Program-made: the position numbers and the translations under genes
In this document: piece after piece, positions 37,521 through 50,485 of the stretch
How positions within the stretch are numbered: position 1 is the first letter of the stretch
How the letters are laid out: every line of letters begins with the position of its first letter
The notes under the pieces: model-generated
What the model was told of the DNA's origin: nothing
Seen by the model: only the letters and a program-made list of their open reading frames with translations
The model's database searches: none
Assembly: GCF_001194135.2 (NCBI RefSeq)
Contig: NC_069007.1
Coordinates: 2,447,549 to 2,511,548 of the forward strand
Reading direction: 5' to 3'
Length of the DNA: 64,000 nucleotides
Source: Octopus bimaculoides
Taxonomy: Eukaryota

Positions 37521-38817
37521 GCTCAACTAGAATAGATCAGCTGTCAGGAAGAAGATGGTTACTCTAGTATTCGGGTAGCACACAAATTGATGTGTGTGGT
37601 CTGATTTGCTCAAAGTCCCAATAGGCGGCTTTGTTCAGGAATTGAACCCAAGATAATATCCTCGTGAACAAAACGAACTCCTAAAATAGGGCCTCACAAC
37701 ACACAGCAGTTTAGAGTCATACACAGGACAAATAATTTGAAATAGTATCGCTTTAAAATAATATATTTAAGTTGTTTGTTTTATAGAAATTTCAACGTAT
37801 AGTATCTTTCTGTAACATATCAATAGTCTTCCTTGTTATTATATAAATTTTGTTTGATGTCCAACATTAATTTCTCATGACAATTTCGTCCCCTCGTTAT
37901 TATTATCGATTTTATATATAAATATGTTAGTTTATTATATGCTATTATATTTCATCAACTTTTAACTGTGGAGTAATTACGTCTATCTCGATAACCTACA
38001 TAGAATATCTGTATGTCTGTGCTTCCCCTGTACCAGTCTAGCGTTAATTGTTTAAAATAATATCAATTTAAAATAGTATCAGTTTATATTTTATATATTT
38101 GATGTATAACAAGCATTAAGCATATTGTCCGTAACATAAAAATCATCTTATGATGATATTATATATCTTTGATATCTAGAATTACTTTCTTATGATAACT
38201 TCGTCTTATTTTAACATTAAGCTATATTCTTTCTCATATTAACTTTTCCTACTCATCATTTTCGTTATTGATTTTACCATAAGTATCTTATTTATTTACT
38301 TTTATTAACCATATCGTAATTTTTGTCTATCTCCAATAGCCATATCCGAACTATTTTTTTATTTCTTCTTGATTATCTGATGTTAATGTTCAGTAACTAT
38401 CTACTTAGATGCCAAAAGTGTACATTTGTATTCCATTTCAGATGATAAACTAAACAAGTTCGTTGTTTGTCTCAGTTATTTGGCCTCTCCCTTTAGTAAA
38501 ATTATAAACCGATGAGGAATCGGTTTTCTCACGTAGCAACAAAGTGTCACAGACTTTACATACACCTTACATCAATTAATTAATGTATTTTCTTATGATC
38601 TTATTTGCAATAAACAACAACAAATGCAACAACAACGCTAATAATGATGATGATGATGATTATGATGACGATGGTGATGATGAGCTTATTTTTCTTGTCT
38701 GGTGCACGAAATCTATATGCATATACACATTTACTCACAAACATACACACTCACACACACACACATATATATATATATAAACATATATATATATATATAT
38801 NNNNNNNNNNGTATGTA

Positions 38818-38856
<39 letters not shown>

Positions 38857-39343
38857 ATATGTATATATATATATTTATGTATGTATATATGTATATATAT
38901 ATATTTATGTATGTATATTTGTATATTAATATAGATAGATACATTTTGTACGACTCTCTTACACTTTCATTCCTTCAGCCCCTTCATACTTAAATCCTTC
39001 TTTCCACTCTTATTTCTTTCGCCCCCCCCTCTCTCACATTTCCTGGTCTTCCCTTCATTCTCACCTTCCCTTTTTCACTTTACGCTGTCCCTTTTCTTTT
39101 TTCTCGTCCTACCCTAAATCTTCTATCCCTCTGCCCCTACCATTCTCCCCATCCCTCCACGTGACGGGTGTTTGACCAAGCCTGACCTTTCTTTCTTGGT
39201 TCGAAAAGCTCATCATGAAATACAAATTAGATTCTTCATGAAGAAGTACCTACTGGTATGAATGATTACGATCAACAAAAACGTGTATATATAGTGAGAG
39301 AGAGGCAGACAAACACACGGATAGAAATTTAGAAATAGCTAGC

Positions 39344-39382
<39 letters not shown>

Positions 39383-40317
39383 CTAGATAGATAGATAGAT
39401 AGATAGGTAGATACACATACATATGAATACATACATGCATAGATAAATAGATAGATAGTATGTGACTCTGTGTGTGTGTGTGTGTATGCATATATATAGA
39501 TATGGACATAGATTTATAGAAAGAGGTAGAAATAGATAAAGGTATACATACTATACATTCTGGTCTCTCTGGTGTTGCACTTGCGTTACATATGATGGCT
39601 ACTTTCCTCACATTTTTCACAATAATTTCTATGTGTATACAACATTCATACGAATTATTACATTTGGAAGTTCCAAAGTATGGGACTTCAACTTTGCATA
39701 TATTTAATAAGGACAGTCGAAGCTAACGCTATGTTGTGCTTCACTTGGTAATGTTCAATATTTAGCGAATGAAGTTATAATATTTCTCTACGTAAACCTA
39801 TTTTCGTGTCATAATTTCGTAGGCTTACATAAGAGACTTGAATAAGCTTTACTCTCATATTTTCTGGTAGGCAAATTCAATTTTCTGTTACGTCTTCAGA
39901 TAATTAATGTCTTGACAGTGACATTTATTGTGCATATAATTAGCTCGGATGTTTGTATTTTGAATATATAACATGACATGCCATGGAAATTATACGTTTT
40001 GTACTAGCAATATTTTCAAATGCTCTGCTTTCTGCCCATTACATAACTTACGTGTATCGAAATATAGTTTGACATGTGTTCTAATAATATTCTTACATTT
40101 ATCTATCTCGCTATACTTGTTTCTCTCTCTCTGACTCTCACTCTCTCTCTTTCTTTCTTTACTTACTTCTCCATGCGCAGGAACAGCAGTAAAGGCTCGG
40201 GTATTAATGTTAGACCAACTTGCGACTTCCTCGAGGCAGTTTCAATCCCACTCAGGGGGCACCTTGTGTAATTTTCACTTTACTCTGTCTTTCAGTTCCA
40301 TTTTGGTCGATGGAAAC

Positions 40318-40455
40318 TGTGGAAGCCGGTTGTGGTTGTGTGGTTAGAAGCTTGCTCCCCAACCACATGATTCCGGGTTCAGTCGCACTGCGTGGCACTT
40401 TGAAGTGATTGCTACTATAGTCTCGGTCCGACCAAAGTCTTCTGAGTGCCTACGA
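40318..40455 (+). mobile_element. SINE family C, 5' part
   Basis: ggttgtgtggttagaagcttgctccccaaccacatgattccgggttcagtcgcactgcgtggcactttg. Confidence 0.88.
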
Positions 40456-40459
40456 TATA

Positions 40460-40570
40460 TATATATTATTTTATTTAAAAGAGTTCAAACTCTGTCTGTT
40501 TTTTTTATGTTTTATTTATATTCTTGTAAAATTAGTGTGGGATATAGAATATTGAATATATAATATAAAA
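40460..40570 (+). repeat. Unclassified dispersed repeat E (also 54572-54680)
   Basis: Shared ttaaaagagttc(a/c)aac(t/a)ctgtctgttttt(t)atgttttatttatattc...gtg(g)g(a/g)tatagaatat. Confidence 0.8.
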
Positions 40571-40583
40571 ATATAAAAATATA

Positions 40584-40872
40584 TTGGGTTGAGTCATATA
40601 TAATTTCCATTTATTGGGAAAAAAATGTAATGACGCATTTCAAGCTCCCAGTGTTTAGAAAGAGCATTCACCGGTCATTCTTACCTGAGCAGTGAATAAG
40701 TGTGCATCATAATTTAAACTAAATTCGTCCTAAACCAGAACTGCTATATTATGTTGGCAAACTATCTTTACTCCAAAGTACTGTTGCTGAATATCACTCG
40801 TTGTGAGATACACAAATTATAATTTTTAAAATATATTCCACAAAGACGGGAATTATATATGGCTCAACCCAA
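40584..40872. mobile_element. Tc1/mariner-type MITE (289 bp) with TA target-site duplication
   Basis: TA|TTGGGTTGAGTCATATATAATTTCC ... GGGAATTATATATGGCTCAACCCAA|TA: 25-bp TIRs with 2 mismatches. Confidence 0.92.
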
Positions 40873-41327
40873 TATATGCGCACAGTAGAGTTTTGGTTTG
40901 CGAACTTGATTCGTTCCTGAAGGCCGTTCATCACCCGAGTTTTTTTCCCATAACAAATTCAAGAGAACGAACGGTGAATTCGAGCAGGACGGTTCACTGA
41001 ACGAAAGTTTGACAGCAACTGACGCTTATCCGCTCGTACTCCCAGCTTGTCACCAACCGTTGTTGCCGTCTGGCGTGTTCGTTACACGAGACAAGGTTCG
41101 TTTCCTGGGTCGAGCCACATTGATCGTTGACCAATATGTTCATGATTACAAGCGTTCGTAAACCGAGATTTCTGCTTGTGTATGTATGTATGTATGTGTG
41201 TATGTATTGTCATAATTATCTTTACACTTAGAATACAAACAATGTTACCTGCAACAACGCAGTTTTTCTTATTTTGTTATTAAATTACATTTTCGTTCTA
41301 GCATGCTTCTTCTTCTTCTTCTTCTTC

Positions 41328-41361
<34 letters not shown>

Positions 41362-42311
41362 CATCATCATCATTATCAGTATTATTGTTATTATTATTTG
41401 TTTAATGTCAATTTGAATTAATCTCGTAATATATTCATTTAATTTGCTGATCTAATTTATTAATTAAATTATGTTTTCTTTAATATTCCATTCCCACAAA
41501 CCACCACCCGCCATCCCCGCACCCACTCCTCATCCTCCTTTTATTAATATTCCTACATTTTTGCGTGACATAATAATTGTCAAAAGCACATCATATTCAT
41601 TCCTGAAGCGAAACGAATTCTTGGGTACTTTCCCCTTCACATTCTGAATATCTTTACATCACAGAAAAAATACCCATACTATTATTACTATTATTATTAT
41701 TATGTTGTTGTTGTTATTGTTATTTTTAGAAGAATCATTATTACTGTTATTATTATTAATATTCGTATCATAACTATTATAATTACTCTTATGCTATTAT
41801 TATTATTGATCTTACTATTATTATTGGTGTTGTTGTTTTTGTTGTTGTTATGATTATTCTTTTTTTCTATTGCATTTCATTTATTTTCTAATTAATATCA
41901 CATTTATAACATTTACACTTTATCAGTTTATCACAAAAAGTTTTCTCCATTTTCATTTTTTCTTTTTATTTATTCCTGTATTTTTATTCAATTATTTATT
42001 ACGTCATGTTTTGGTTTGTATCTTAGTCACAGGACTCTCTGTTATTATCAGTGACGAATGCAGAATAATCTCTATCTACGAAACACATTTTATCTCGTTC
42101 TGTGTGTCTTAGACATTCTACATCTCTTCCCTTACTCGCTCTTTCTCTCTCACACTCTCCCTCTCTCCCTTTATCTCTATTTGTCTCATATAAATGCATA
42201 CATATATTCAAACACAGAAGCAAACCCACGTGCTACACGTTCAAAACAAGATTATATTTGCAAAATAATCGTTATGGACAAACTTTAAGATTCTAATGAT
42301 CACCAGTAAAG

Positions 42312-42630
42312 GAGGTGAGTGTTTTTAAGTATCTGGGATCACATGTGACGGCAGATGGGGCGTCGGATGAGGAAGTAGGCTATAGAATGAGGGAGAGGAA
42401 GAATATACTGTGTGCATGAAAGTGAAAAGAAGTGTGTATGAGGGCGTGATTGTGCTGACAATGTTATATGGTGTAGAGACGTGGAGGCTGAGAGAGAGGA
42501 GGCGACTAGATGTTTTTAAGATGAAATGTTTGAGGGCTTCGGATAGAATGAGGAATGAAGAGGTGCAAAAGGGAGCAGGAATGAGAGAAAAACTAACAAC
42601 CAAAATAGATTATTGTTGAGGTGGTTTGGG
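42312..42630 (+). pseudogene. RTE-clade LINE reverse-transcriptase C-terminal fragment
   Basis: EVSVFKYLGSHVTADG...; MKVKRSVYEGVIVLTMLYGVETW...LDVFKMKCLR...DRMRNEEV...LRWFG are hallmark RTE motifs (FKYLGS, LLYGxETW, DRxRNEEV, LRWFG). Confidence 0.92.
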
Positions 42631-42789
42631 TAAACATACAGATTATAACGTATTTTGACCTTCAGATGTATCTCCAGAATGGCCAAATTAATTTTCAAGT
42701 TAATGGTAACCCACAGAAATAGATTTGCTTCTCATGAGATGGGAGATAAATGCAAAGTTTCACAGACCTCCAGACCGGTGATAATGTTC

Positions 42790-42995
42790 CGGCAGCATCG
42801 TTAGCGCGCCGGGCCGGATGCTTGGTGGCATATCGTTCGACTTTACGTTCTGAGTTCAAATTACACCGAAGTCGATTTTTTCTTTTTATCTTCTGAAGGT
42901 CGATGAAATGAGTACTAGTTGAGTACTGACGTGAATGTACTCTATCTAGCCCTTCCCCGAAATTGCTGGCCTTGTGCAAAAGTTTGAAAACACTA
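42790..42995 (+). mobile_element. SINE family B
   Basis: ggcagcatcgttagcgcgccgggc...ttacgttctgagttcaaatt...aattgctggccttgtgc. Confidence 0.85.
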
Positions 42996-43655
42996 TTATC
43001 TTATATAAGAACAGGAGCAAGGATACAAACCTGAGAATAGGATGTTAGCCAAGTAAAGATATACCAGTAATTGTTTGATGTATTATTTTATCGCTCACGG
43101 TAGGATGAAGAGCATATTTGACTCCGGGTGAATTTGAGCGCTTAAAATACTGAACCATGACTACATACCCGGAAAGCATCTCAGCCATTGATATAACGCT
43201 TCTGCATAATTACGGCTTTAAGATGCAGAATGATTGATATCGTATTAGCCTGTTATCATTGGTATATCAATAAATGATATACGAATGTTGTGCTGATTTA
43301 AATATCCAGGCTTTTAGTTAATTTCATGGAGAAATATGCTAATTTGAAAACTATACAGCGTTTGAAAATGGAAGCACAAAACAAATAATAAATAAATAAT
43401 AAATTGCCTTCATAAAGTTACAATATTTTAATAATATTTCCTTCTTTTAAGAAATCACCAAATATTCTATCAGTGTTGAACCATTGAAATATTTAATGAT
43501 TAAAGTCAACCGTAAATGAAGATAAATTAACAGAATCAATATATCATACCATACCAGGTGTAAGTGGGTGCATGCGTATGCGTGTGGTTGAACGTACAGT
43601 CACTCACACACGCATATATATGCATACATATATATATGCGTGTATATATGTATGT

Positions 43656-43742
<87 letters not shown>

Positions 43743-43855
43743 TATGCATGAATATATCTATAACACGATAGTATACATACTAAAATATATATGCATATAT
43801 ACATGTGTGTATGTGTCTAATATACATATATAAGTATATATATATATGTATATAC

Positions 43856-43886
<31 letters not shown>

Positions 43887-43947
43887 CATATATAAATGTT
43901 TATATATATATGGATGTATGTATATACACATACATATATATAAATCT

Positions 43948-43982
<35 letters not shown>

Positions 43983-44012
43983 AATACATACATTTTGTCC
44001 CTACCTATATAT

Positions 44013-44067
<55 letters not shown>

Positions 44068-44679
44068 TATATGTATATACATATGCAAATGATATATTTA
44101 TGCTTGTATATATGCATGCATGTTTGCATATATGTATGCATGTATGTATCTATGTGAGTGAATGTTTGTACGTCGGTGTGTGTGTGTGTTTAATTGAACG
44201 GCTTCCTTCATTAATACGTTAGATAAACTCGATCACGACATATTTGAATTGTAAATATATTTACATAATCTGCTTAAATCAAATGTGCTCATCAAATTTC
44301 ACAAAAATATAAGAATTCGCGAAGGAGAAATAATTCAAAAAGAAATATTAACTGAAATATATATTTTGTTTTTTATGCAAACTATACCGAGACAAGCTTT
44401 CAATTATACCTATCACATAGTTACTATCTGAATTCGTATCGAGATATGTACACAACGTGTTACTCCGTATTTTGTTATTATTATTATTATTTGTATTATA
44501 ATTGCTTTAAAAATCAATTAGGGATGAATGCTAAAGTGATCTTAATGAACGTTAAGAGCGGGTATTTTCGTATTAAAATTTTATATCGCCCGCCTCTTGT
44601 TTAATTCATTTGTTTAAAGAGTGGCTACTAAAGATTGGACAAAATACACTCGAATTAATCTTTGTATTGCATGTGTAAT

Positions 44680-44680
<1 letters not shown>

Positions 44681-44760
<80 letters not shown>

Positions 44761-44905
44761 GAAGAAGAAGAAGAAGAAGAAGAAGAAGAAGAAGAAGAAG
44801 AAGAAGAAGAAGAAGAAGAAGAAGAAGAAGAAGAAGAAGAAGAAGAAGAAGAAGAAGAAGAAGAAGGATGGTGGTGGTGGTAATGATCATGATGATGATG
44901 ATGAT
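44681..44905 (+). repeat. Compound microsatellite (ACT)~26-(GAA)35-(GGT)n-(GAT)n
   Basis: Directly visible; GAA run 44761-44865. Confidence 0.98.
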
Positions 44906-45298
44906 GACATAGTTTAAGATTTAATAGTGTACATATCGAAATACGCTAGCGATTTGTTCTTTAAATCAATAGTTTTAAAACGAATGTATTTCTTTGGCTC
45001 GATAAACACGACAGTTTGCTTTCAGACTATTTTTACACTATAAGCAGACACCATATGATTCTCCTTCCTCTCTCTCTCTCTTTACATACATATATATATA
45101 TATATAATTTGCGTTGTGTATCTATGTATACTATAGGAACCGTGACCCGTTGGGCCACTGGGAAACTCTGAGTTTTCCAGCAACGGTATTTTGTTTCGTG
45201 GGATTTTTATTTTTCTCTTTGAGGTAATTCCGCATGCTTTCAGCGAATGTGACATCGAAATCACGTATAAATGGCTACTTTCCCCAGAAAAAGAAATA

Positions 45299-45407
45299 TT
45301 TGGCTGCTATTTCTTGCACGCCCTGCTACCATGTAACAGGTATTTCGGGTCCTTCATCGCAAATAGCTGTTACGTGGTAGCAGGGCGTGGTAGAAATAGC
45401 AGCCAAA
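45299..45407. repeat. Fold-back inverted repeat: 47-bp arms, 15-nt loop
   Basis: 45299-45345 versus reverse complement of 45361-45407: 4 differences, one of them a G-U pair. Confidence 0.95.
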
Positions 45408-45886
45408 CCTGTAGATATGAGATACGTTGAATGCAATCGAAAAATGCCTAAGGAGAAAATTATTTCATACTGAGGTTACGAACGGGTCTTTTACGAAATA
45501 TATATCATATTTTTGTAGTAATTTTTACTTTAGAATATTTTTTAAATATGCAAAAAAAAAATTTTTTTAATGGTATTCACTTGAAAATAATTTGTGTAAA
45601 GAAAGCTAAAATATAAATACTTACTGTACAAACAACTTACATTTTTGAAATCATATTTACTTTAAAATATTTCTAAATGATTAAGGTATTGTGTTTAAGA
45701 AGAGCGAAAATAGATACAGTTACTGTAAGAAAATCGTATTCTTTCGTTCTTGGCTTACTGTACAATAGAAAGATAAGAAATTCTTTCTTTCCAGGATGAA
45801 GATTATTTTCGAAACATTTTCCCATTATGCGCCAGTTTGGCTTAGTAACATTGCAAGCAAGCAAGATTCAAACTGACTTTTAATGT

Positions 45887-45962
<76 letters not shown>

Positions 45963-47024
45963 TGTGCGTGTGTTAGATTTCCTACCCGAAGTGTGACAAG
46001 GCTGGCCCTTTGAAACACAGAACACAGATACAACAGAAAGAGGAACAAAGAGTGTCTCTTGTAAAATCTTCTTGGCCACAATCTTGGCCTTTGAGTTACA
46101 TGCAGACCGGTTGATGTCTTTCCGAACCGCTGCTCACACATAGTATTCCATGGGAATACAATCGTAGCCAGAAATCAGGGTTAATGAGATCGTAGATATT
46201 TTCTGACAAACACTTCTCATACTTTCCAGATCCATAGCAAGGAACCCAATCCTGCTGCCACATATATAGCATTCCAACGGCAATTCTTTCTAGTTTGGGA
46301 TTGACCACAGTCTCCAGCAGATTCCCGTCACCGTCTGAATTGAACCTGAAAACCTGTTCAAAGATGTGTATGAATATCGGCGAGCGAACTCAGTCAGAAT
46401 GCTTGCGTGTCCCTTCCTGCGTGTCTCTATGGTTTCGTAGTCTCGGTTGCAGTTGTCCATATAACGTTTTACCGTATTTACTATCATATGACTTTTCCTC
46501 AACTAGAACCTTACTCTTTATGCTCCCCAACGCCGTTGACTGTTCACGAATATATCTAGCTGCTCCTGGGAAAAGGATACACGGAAAAAGAAAACGAAGT
46601 GAAATATAGTCCGAACACCTCGTGTAACAAACATGGCACAGTGACCAACTCGTTCGAAGCTTATGCAACAATATGTAAGAATAAATGTTAATGATTATGA
46701 AAGAGCAGATAAAACCCCATTTGGCAAAGAGAATCCGGTTGAAGTAGGAAACACACACGAAGACTCTGATGGCTAATTCTTAGGCATGTGTTAACAATTA
46801 TTGTGTAAATAGTTTCGTCGTTGGTGATACTCCTGTTTTCAAAGTTATTAATGGTGATGATGATGATGATGATGACAAAGAAGAGGAGGAGGAGAAGGTA
46901 GGGAAGGACAACGACGACGACCACGATCAAGAAGACGACGATGACGACGACAGTGACCATGGCCAGATGCTGCTACTGATGATGATGATGATGATGATAT
47001 TGAGTCTGCCGCTGCTGCTGCTAC

Positions 47025-47057
<33 letters not shown>

Positions 47058-47519
47058 CGATTATGATGAATATGCAGTTATTGATTATCAATTTCAAAAT
47101 CTACAAATTCGTCGACATTATCATTAATAAATAAATATTATGGCAGAAATATTAGCTATATACATAATATGTGTGGTTGTGTTATATAACCGCGATCATA
47201 GATTACACGGAGAGAGATAACGAAATTTCATATGATAATTCATACAAGACGGTTCATCAAACGGCTTATTTAAGCAATTCTAGGGTCTACTATATTATAT
47301 TAAATTATACTAAATTGTACTAAATTATATTAAATTATACTTTCTAAACACTAAATGATCAAAGTGTAGGAAAACCAGAGAATGTATTTAGTTGTATGAG
47401 TGAAGAAATTTCGCATCAAAATCATGTGTTCAGTATTAGCTCACATCGCCAGGCCTCGTTCGATTACTCGTAGATTAAATTTGATCATCATTATTATTAT
47501 TATTACTATTATCATTATT

Positions 47520-47885
47520 GAGTAAGAGAGCAACGTATGCAATCAAAGTGACACTGGGGTAAAATATACGAAGCCCAGTATGCTCATCATGATTAACCCT
47601 CTGATAAGGGTACACCAGGTACATGCATCACAACCATATGTGTGCAGCATGATGATCTCCTATCAAGGTAAACAGCGCATGACGTTACAGGTGGTGGCCA
47701 AGGTTTTGAATTTCTGCCAGGTAAGAATCAGCCTCTTTTGCTATCATTCCTAGGGCACCTATGACAACAGGTATTGTTTTTGACTTGAAGATCCATATTA
47801 AACCAATTTCTATTTCAAGATCTTTATACTTGCTCAGTTTTTAGAAGGTCTTGACTGATACATTTCTATAGATTGGGACAGTCAT
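47520..47885 (-). mobile_element. R4/Dong-like (restriction-like endonuclease) LINE 3' fragment
   Basis: Minus translation DMTVPIYRNVSVKTF*KLSKYKDLEIEIGLIWIFKSKTIPVVIGALGMIAK matches the D..VP...N...KE.EK..KY.DL..EI..MW......PVVIGALG motif; the rest is presumed 3' UTR. Confidence 0.85.
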
Positions 47886-48539
47886 ATCCTGGTTTGGGGT
47901 AAAAGAAAATAGAGGAGGATCAGTTAATTATGACTTTATTCAGCATATTCCCCTCTCAGATTTACACACCTATTGCAACGGTCCTTCAGTTTTTCTAAGT
48001 CCTGTAAAAGACCACGGGAGGTTGGGGCACCAACGAAGCCGTTCGCGATAACTTTAGAACCAGAAAGTTTTCAGCACCCCTCCTATATCACTCCTAATAT
48101 ATATGGCAAGCCTAAACTTTTTGGCCTAATTTTTCAGTTGATCAAAAGATCGACCGTCGCTCCTTGTGTATTTAACGCATAATGCAAGTGCAGATATATA
48201 TATATTCGCCTAACGAAAGGAAATGAGAACTTACGAGAAGAGAGACACATATTCGCAAAACTTACAATAAATGCTATTTCCCCTCGACACAAATATTTTT
48301 TTCCAATCCATTGCAATTCACGCGGGAGTAAACGAGTAAACTATTGATTTAGTATATTCATACATACCCACCCACATTTATATACATATATCGATGCTTA
48401 TGTGTAAGTCTGAATAATGGATGCATGTTTCTTTGTACCCATAGGTATTTAGCAAGATACCCAGATATACACATATATTTATACATGTATATATTTTGTA
48501 TGTATATATATATATATATATATGTATACATATATATAC

Positions 48540-48667
48540 CGTATTCTTTCTGTTGAAGAGCCTAGCTCGAAACGTCAAAGACTTTCCGTATTCCCGAGCG
48601 TCATACTAATACATCCTTTTGTTATTTACACCACCTGTCCTCGTCTGTTGTTTTTTCGTACATTCTC

Positions 48668-48670
<3 letters not shown>
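48540..48670 (+). mobile_element. Penelope-type terminal-repeat-derived short element carrying a hammerhead-like motif
   Basis: ttctgttgaagagcctagctcgaaacgtcaaagac...: the CTGA.GA...CGAAACGT signature of PLE pseudo-LTRs, flanked by (TA)n on both sides. Confidence 0.55.
48545..48581 (+). ncRNA. Minimal type I hammerhead-ribozyme-like motif, A6>U variant, probably inactive
   Basis: Stem I UCUUU/AAAGA; core CUG[U]UGA plus extra A; stem II GAGC-CUA-GCUC; GAAA; palindromic ACGU; GUC triplet. Confidence 0.5.
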
Positions 48671-48756
<86 letters not shown>

Positions 48757-49328
48757 CATATGTGTGTGTGTGTGTGTATTTACATGCATTGGCGTATAAT
48801 TGTATATATACATGCCCTGGCATGTGATAACATACATAAATACACCAATGTACGTTATGTATATAGATCATATATACATACTTACATAAGCATCCATAAT
48901 AATCGCTAAAATTACTAAAATAACAATCATACCGTTGGTAGCGGTAAGTCTATAGAATTCTGAAAATGATTCCATTGATCTCACGTTGATAAACGAGGGG
49001 ACATCCGTTTTCCGGAGGAACTGACTGTAATTCCTGAGGAAAACGTCAAGCTATACTAAACGGTTTCCGAATAAATTCTGCATTTCATCATGTTCGCAAG
49101 GTATTTACACTGGAAAGTAACCTTTATCGGGATATATCTGCCTACATAGCATTGTCACATACAAACAACACACTCACAAGCACACACATATACACTCACA
49201 TGCGTACATATTCATATATATCTATATGAATATTTATATATACATATATATTTATATGGATATATACATTATATATATATATATATATATATTATATGCA
49301 GATGTGTGTATATATATATATATATGTA

Positions 49329-49481
<153 letters not shown>

Positions 49482-49627
49482 ATATATGTATATATACACA
49501 CATGCAAACACAACCGTGCACGTGCACAAGATGTGCAAGCATCTGTGGATGTTTGCTTACCTATCTACCAATCAGCTACTATATTTCCTTGAATCTGCAT
49601 CTTTTTCTGCACCTCTTTCTTTCTCTC

Positions 49628-49659
<32 letters not shown>

Positions 49660-49831
49660 ATCCTCTCTATGCACACGCTCACATACATAAGTATGAAAAT
49701 GTAACTAAATATATATATATATATATNNNNNNNNNNATGTAACTAAATATATATATATATATATACATATATGTTTATATAAGCATGTACCTACATATAT
49801 GTATATATATACGTGTGTATATGCATGCATT

Positions 49832-49866
<35 letters not shown>

Positions 49867-49939
49867 ATCTATTTATTTATCTATGGATATACATATATAG
49901 AGAGAAAAAGAGAAAGATAGATATATTTATGTGTGTATT

Positions 49940-50419
49940 TTCGTGTGTTTGCGTATGTATATATAAATATGTATATATGTATATATAAATATGGATAGGG
50001 ATCCATACATAGATACATACATACATATATGCATATATACATAAATACATATACACATATACATTTATATATGCCTACATATATCCCGATAGCTATAGTA
50101 TGCTATAGACATATCTACACATGGATATGTGTACACACTTGATAAACGTGATTCGAAAGAGACAAATGGCGGTCAGTGTCGCCACATGATATTACGAAAA
50201 TAACCAACAGAACGAAGAGATAATATTGCCATGAGGAGAGATTTTTTCAAAGACTCTATGAGAATCCGTCTTCGGGGTCACGATCACAGATGAAACACGT
50301 CACTCGTGTTTGAGTGACTGGTTGTGTTGCGTTTTGGCCAAATAACTTCTTCTTTAGATCCAACTGACCCTGATATATGCCCTGTGAGGGAATTTTGATA
50401 TACAGAAAATGAGAAAATC

Positions 50420-50485
<66 letters not shown>

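Noticed and set aside
44606-44917. Poly-Y/E, poly-T/K and poly-L/S ORFs
   Set aside because: Compound trinucleotide microsatellite.
46290-46345. EF-hand-like FRFNSDGDGNLLE on the minus strand
   Set aside because: Loop spacing is wrong, there is no paired helix or second hand, and no splice context.
49699-49765. Direct repeat atgtaactaaatatatat on both sides of a 10-N gap
   Set aside because: Typical unmerged contig overlap.
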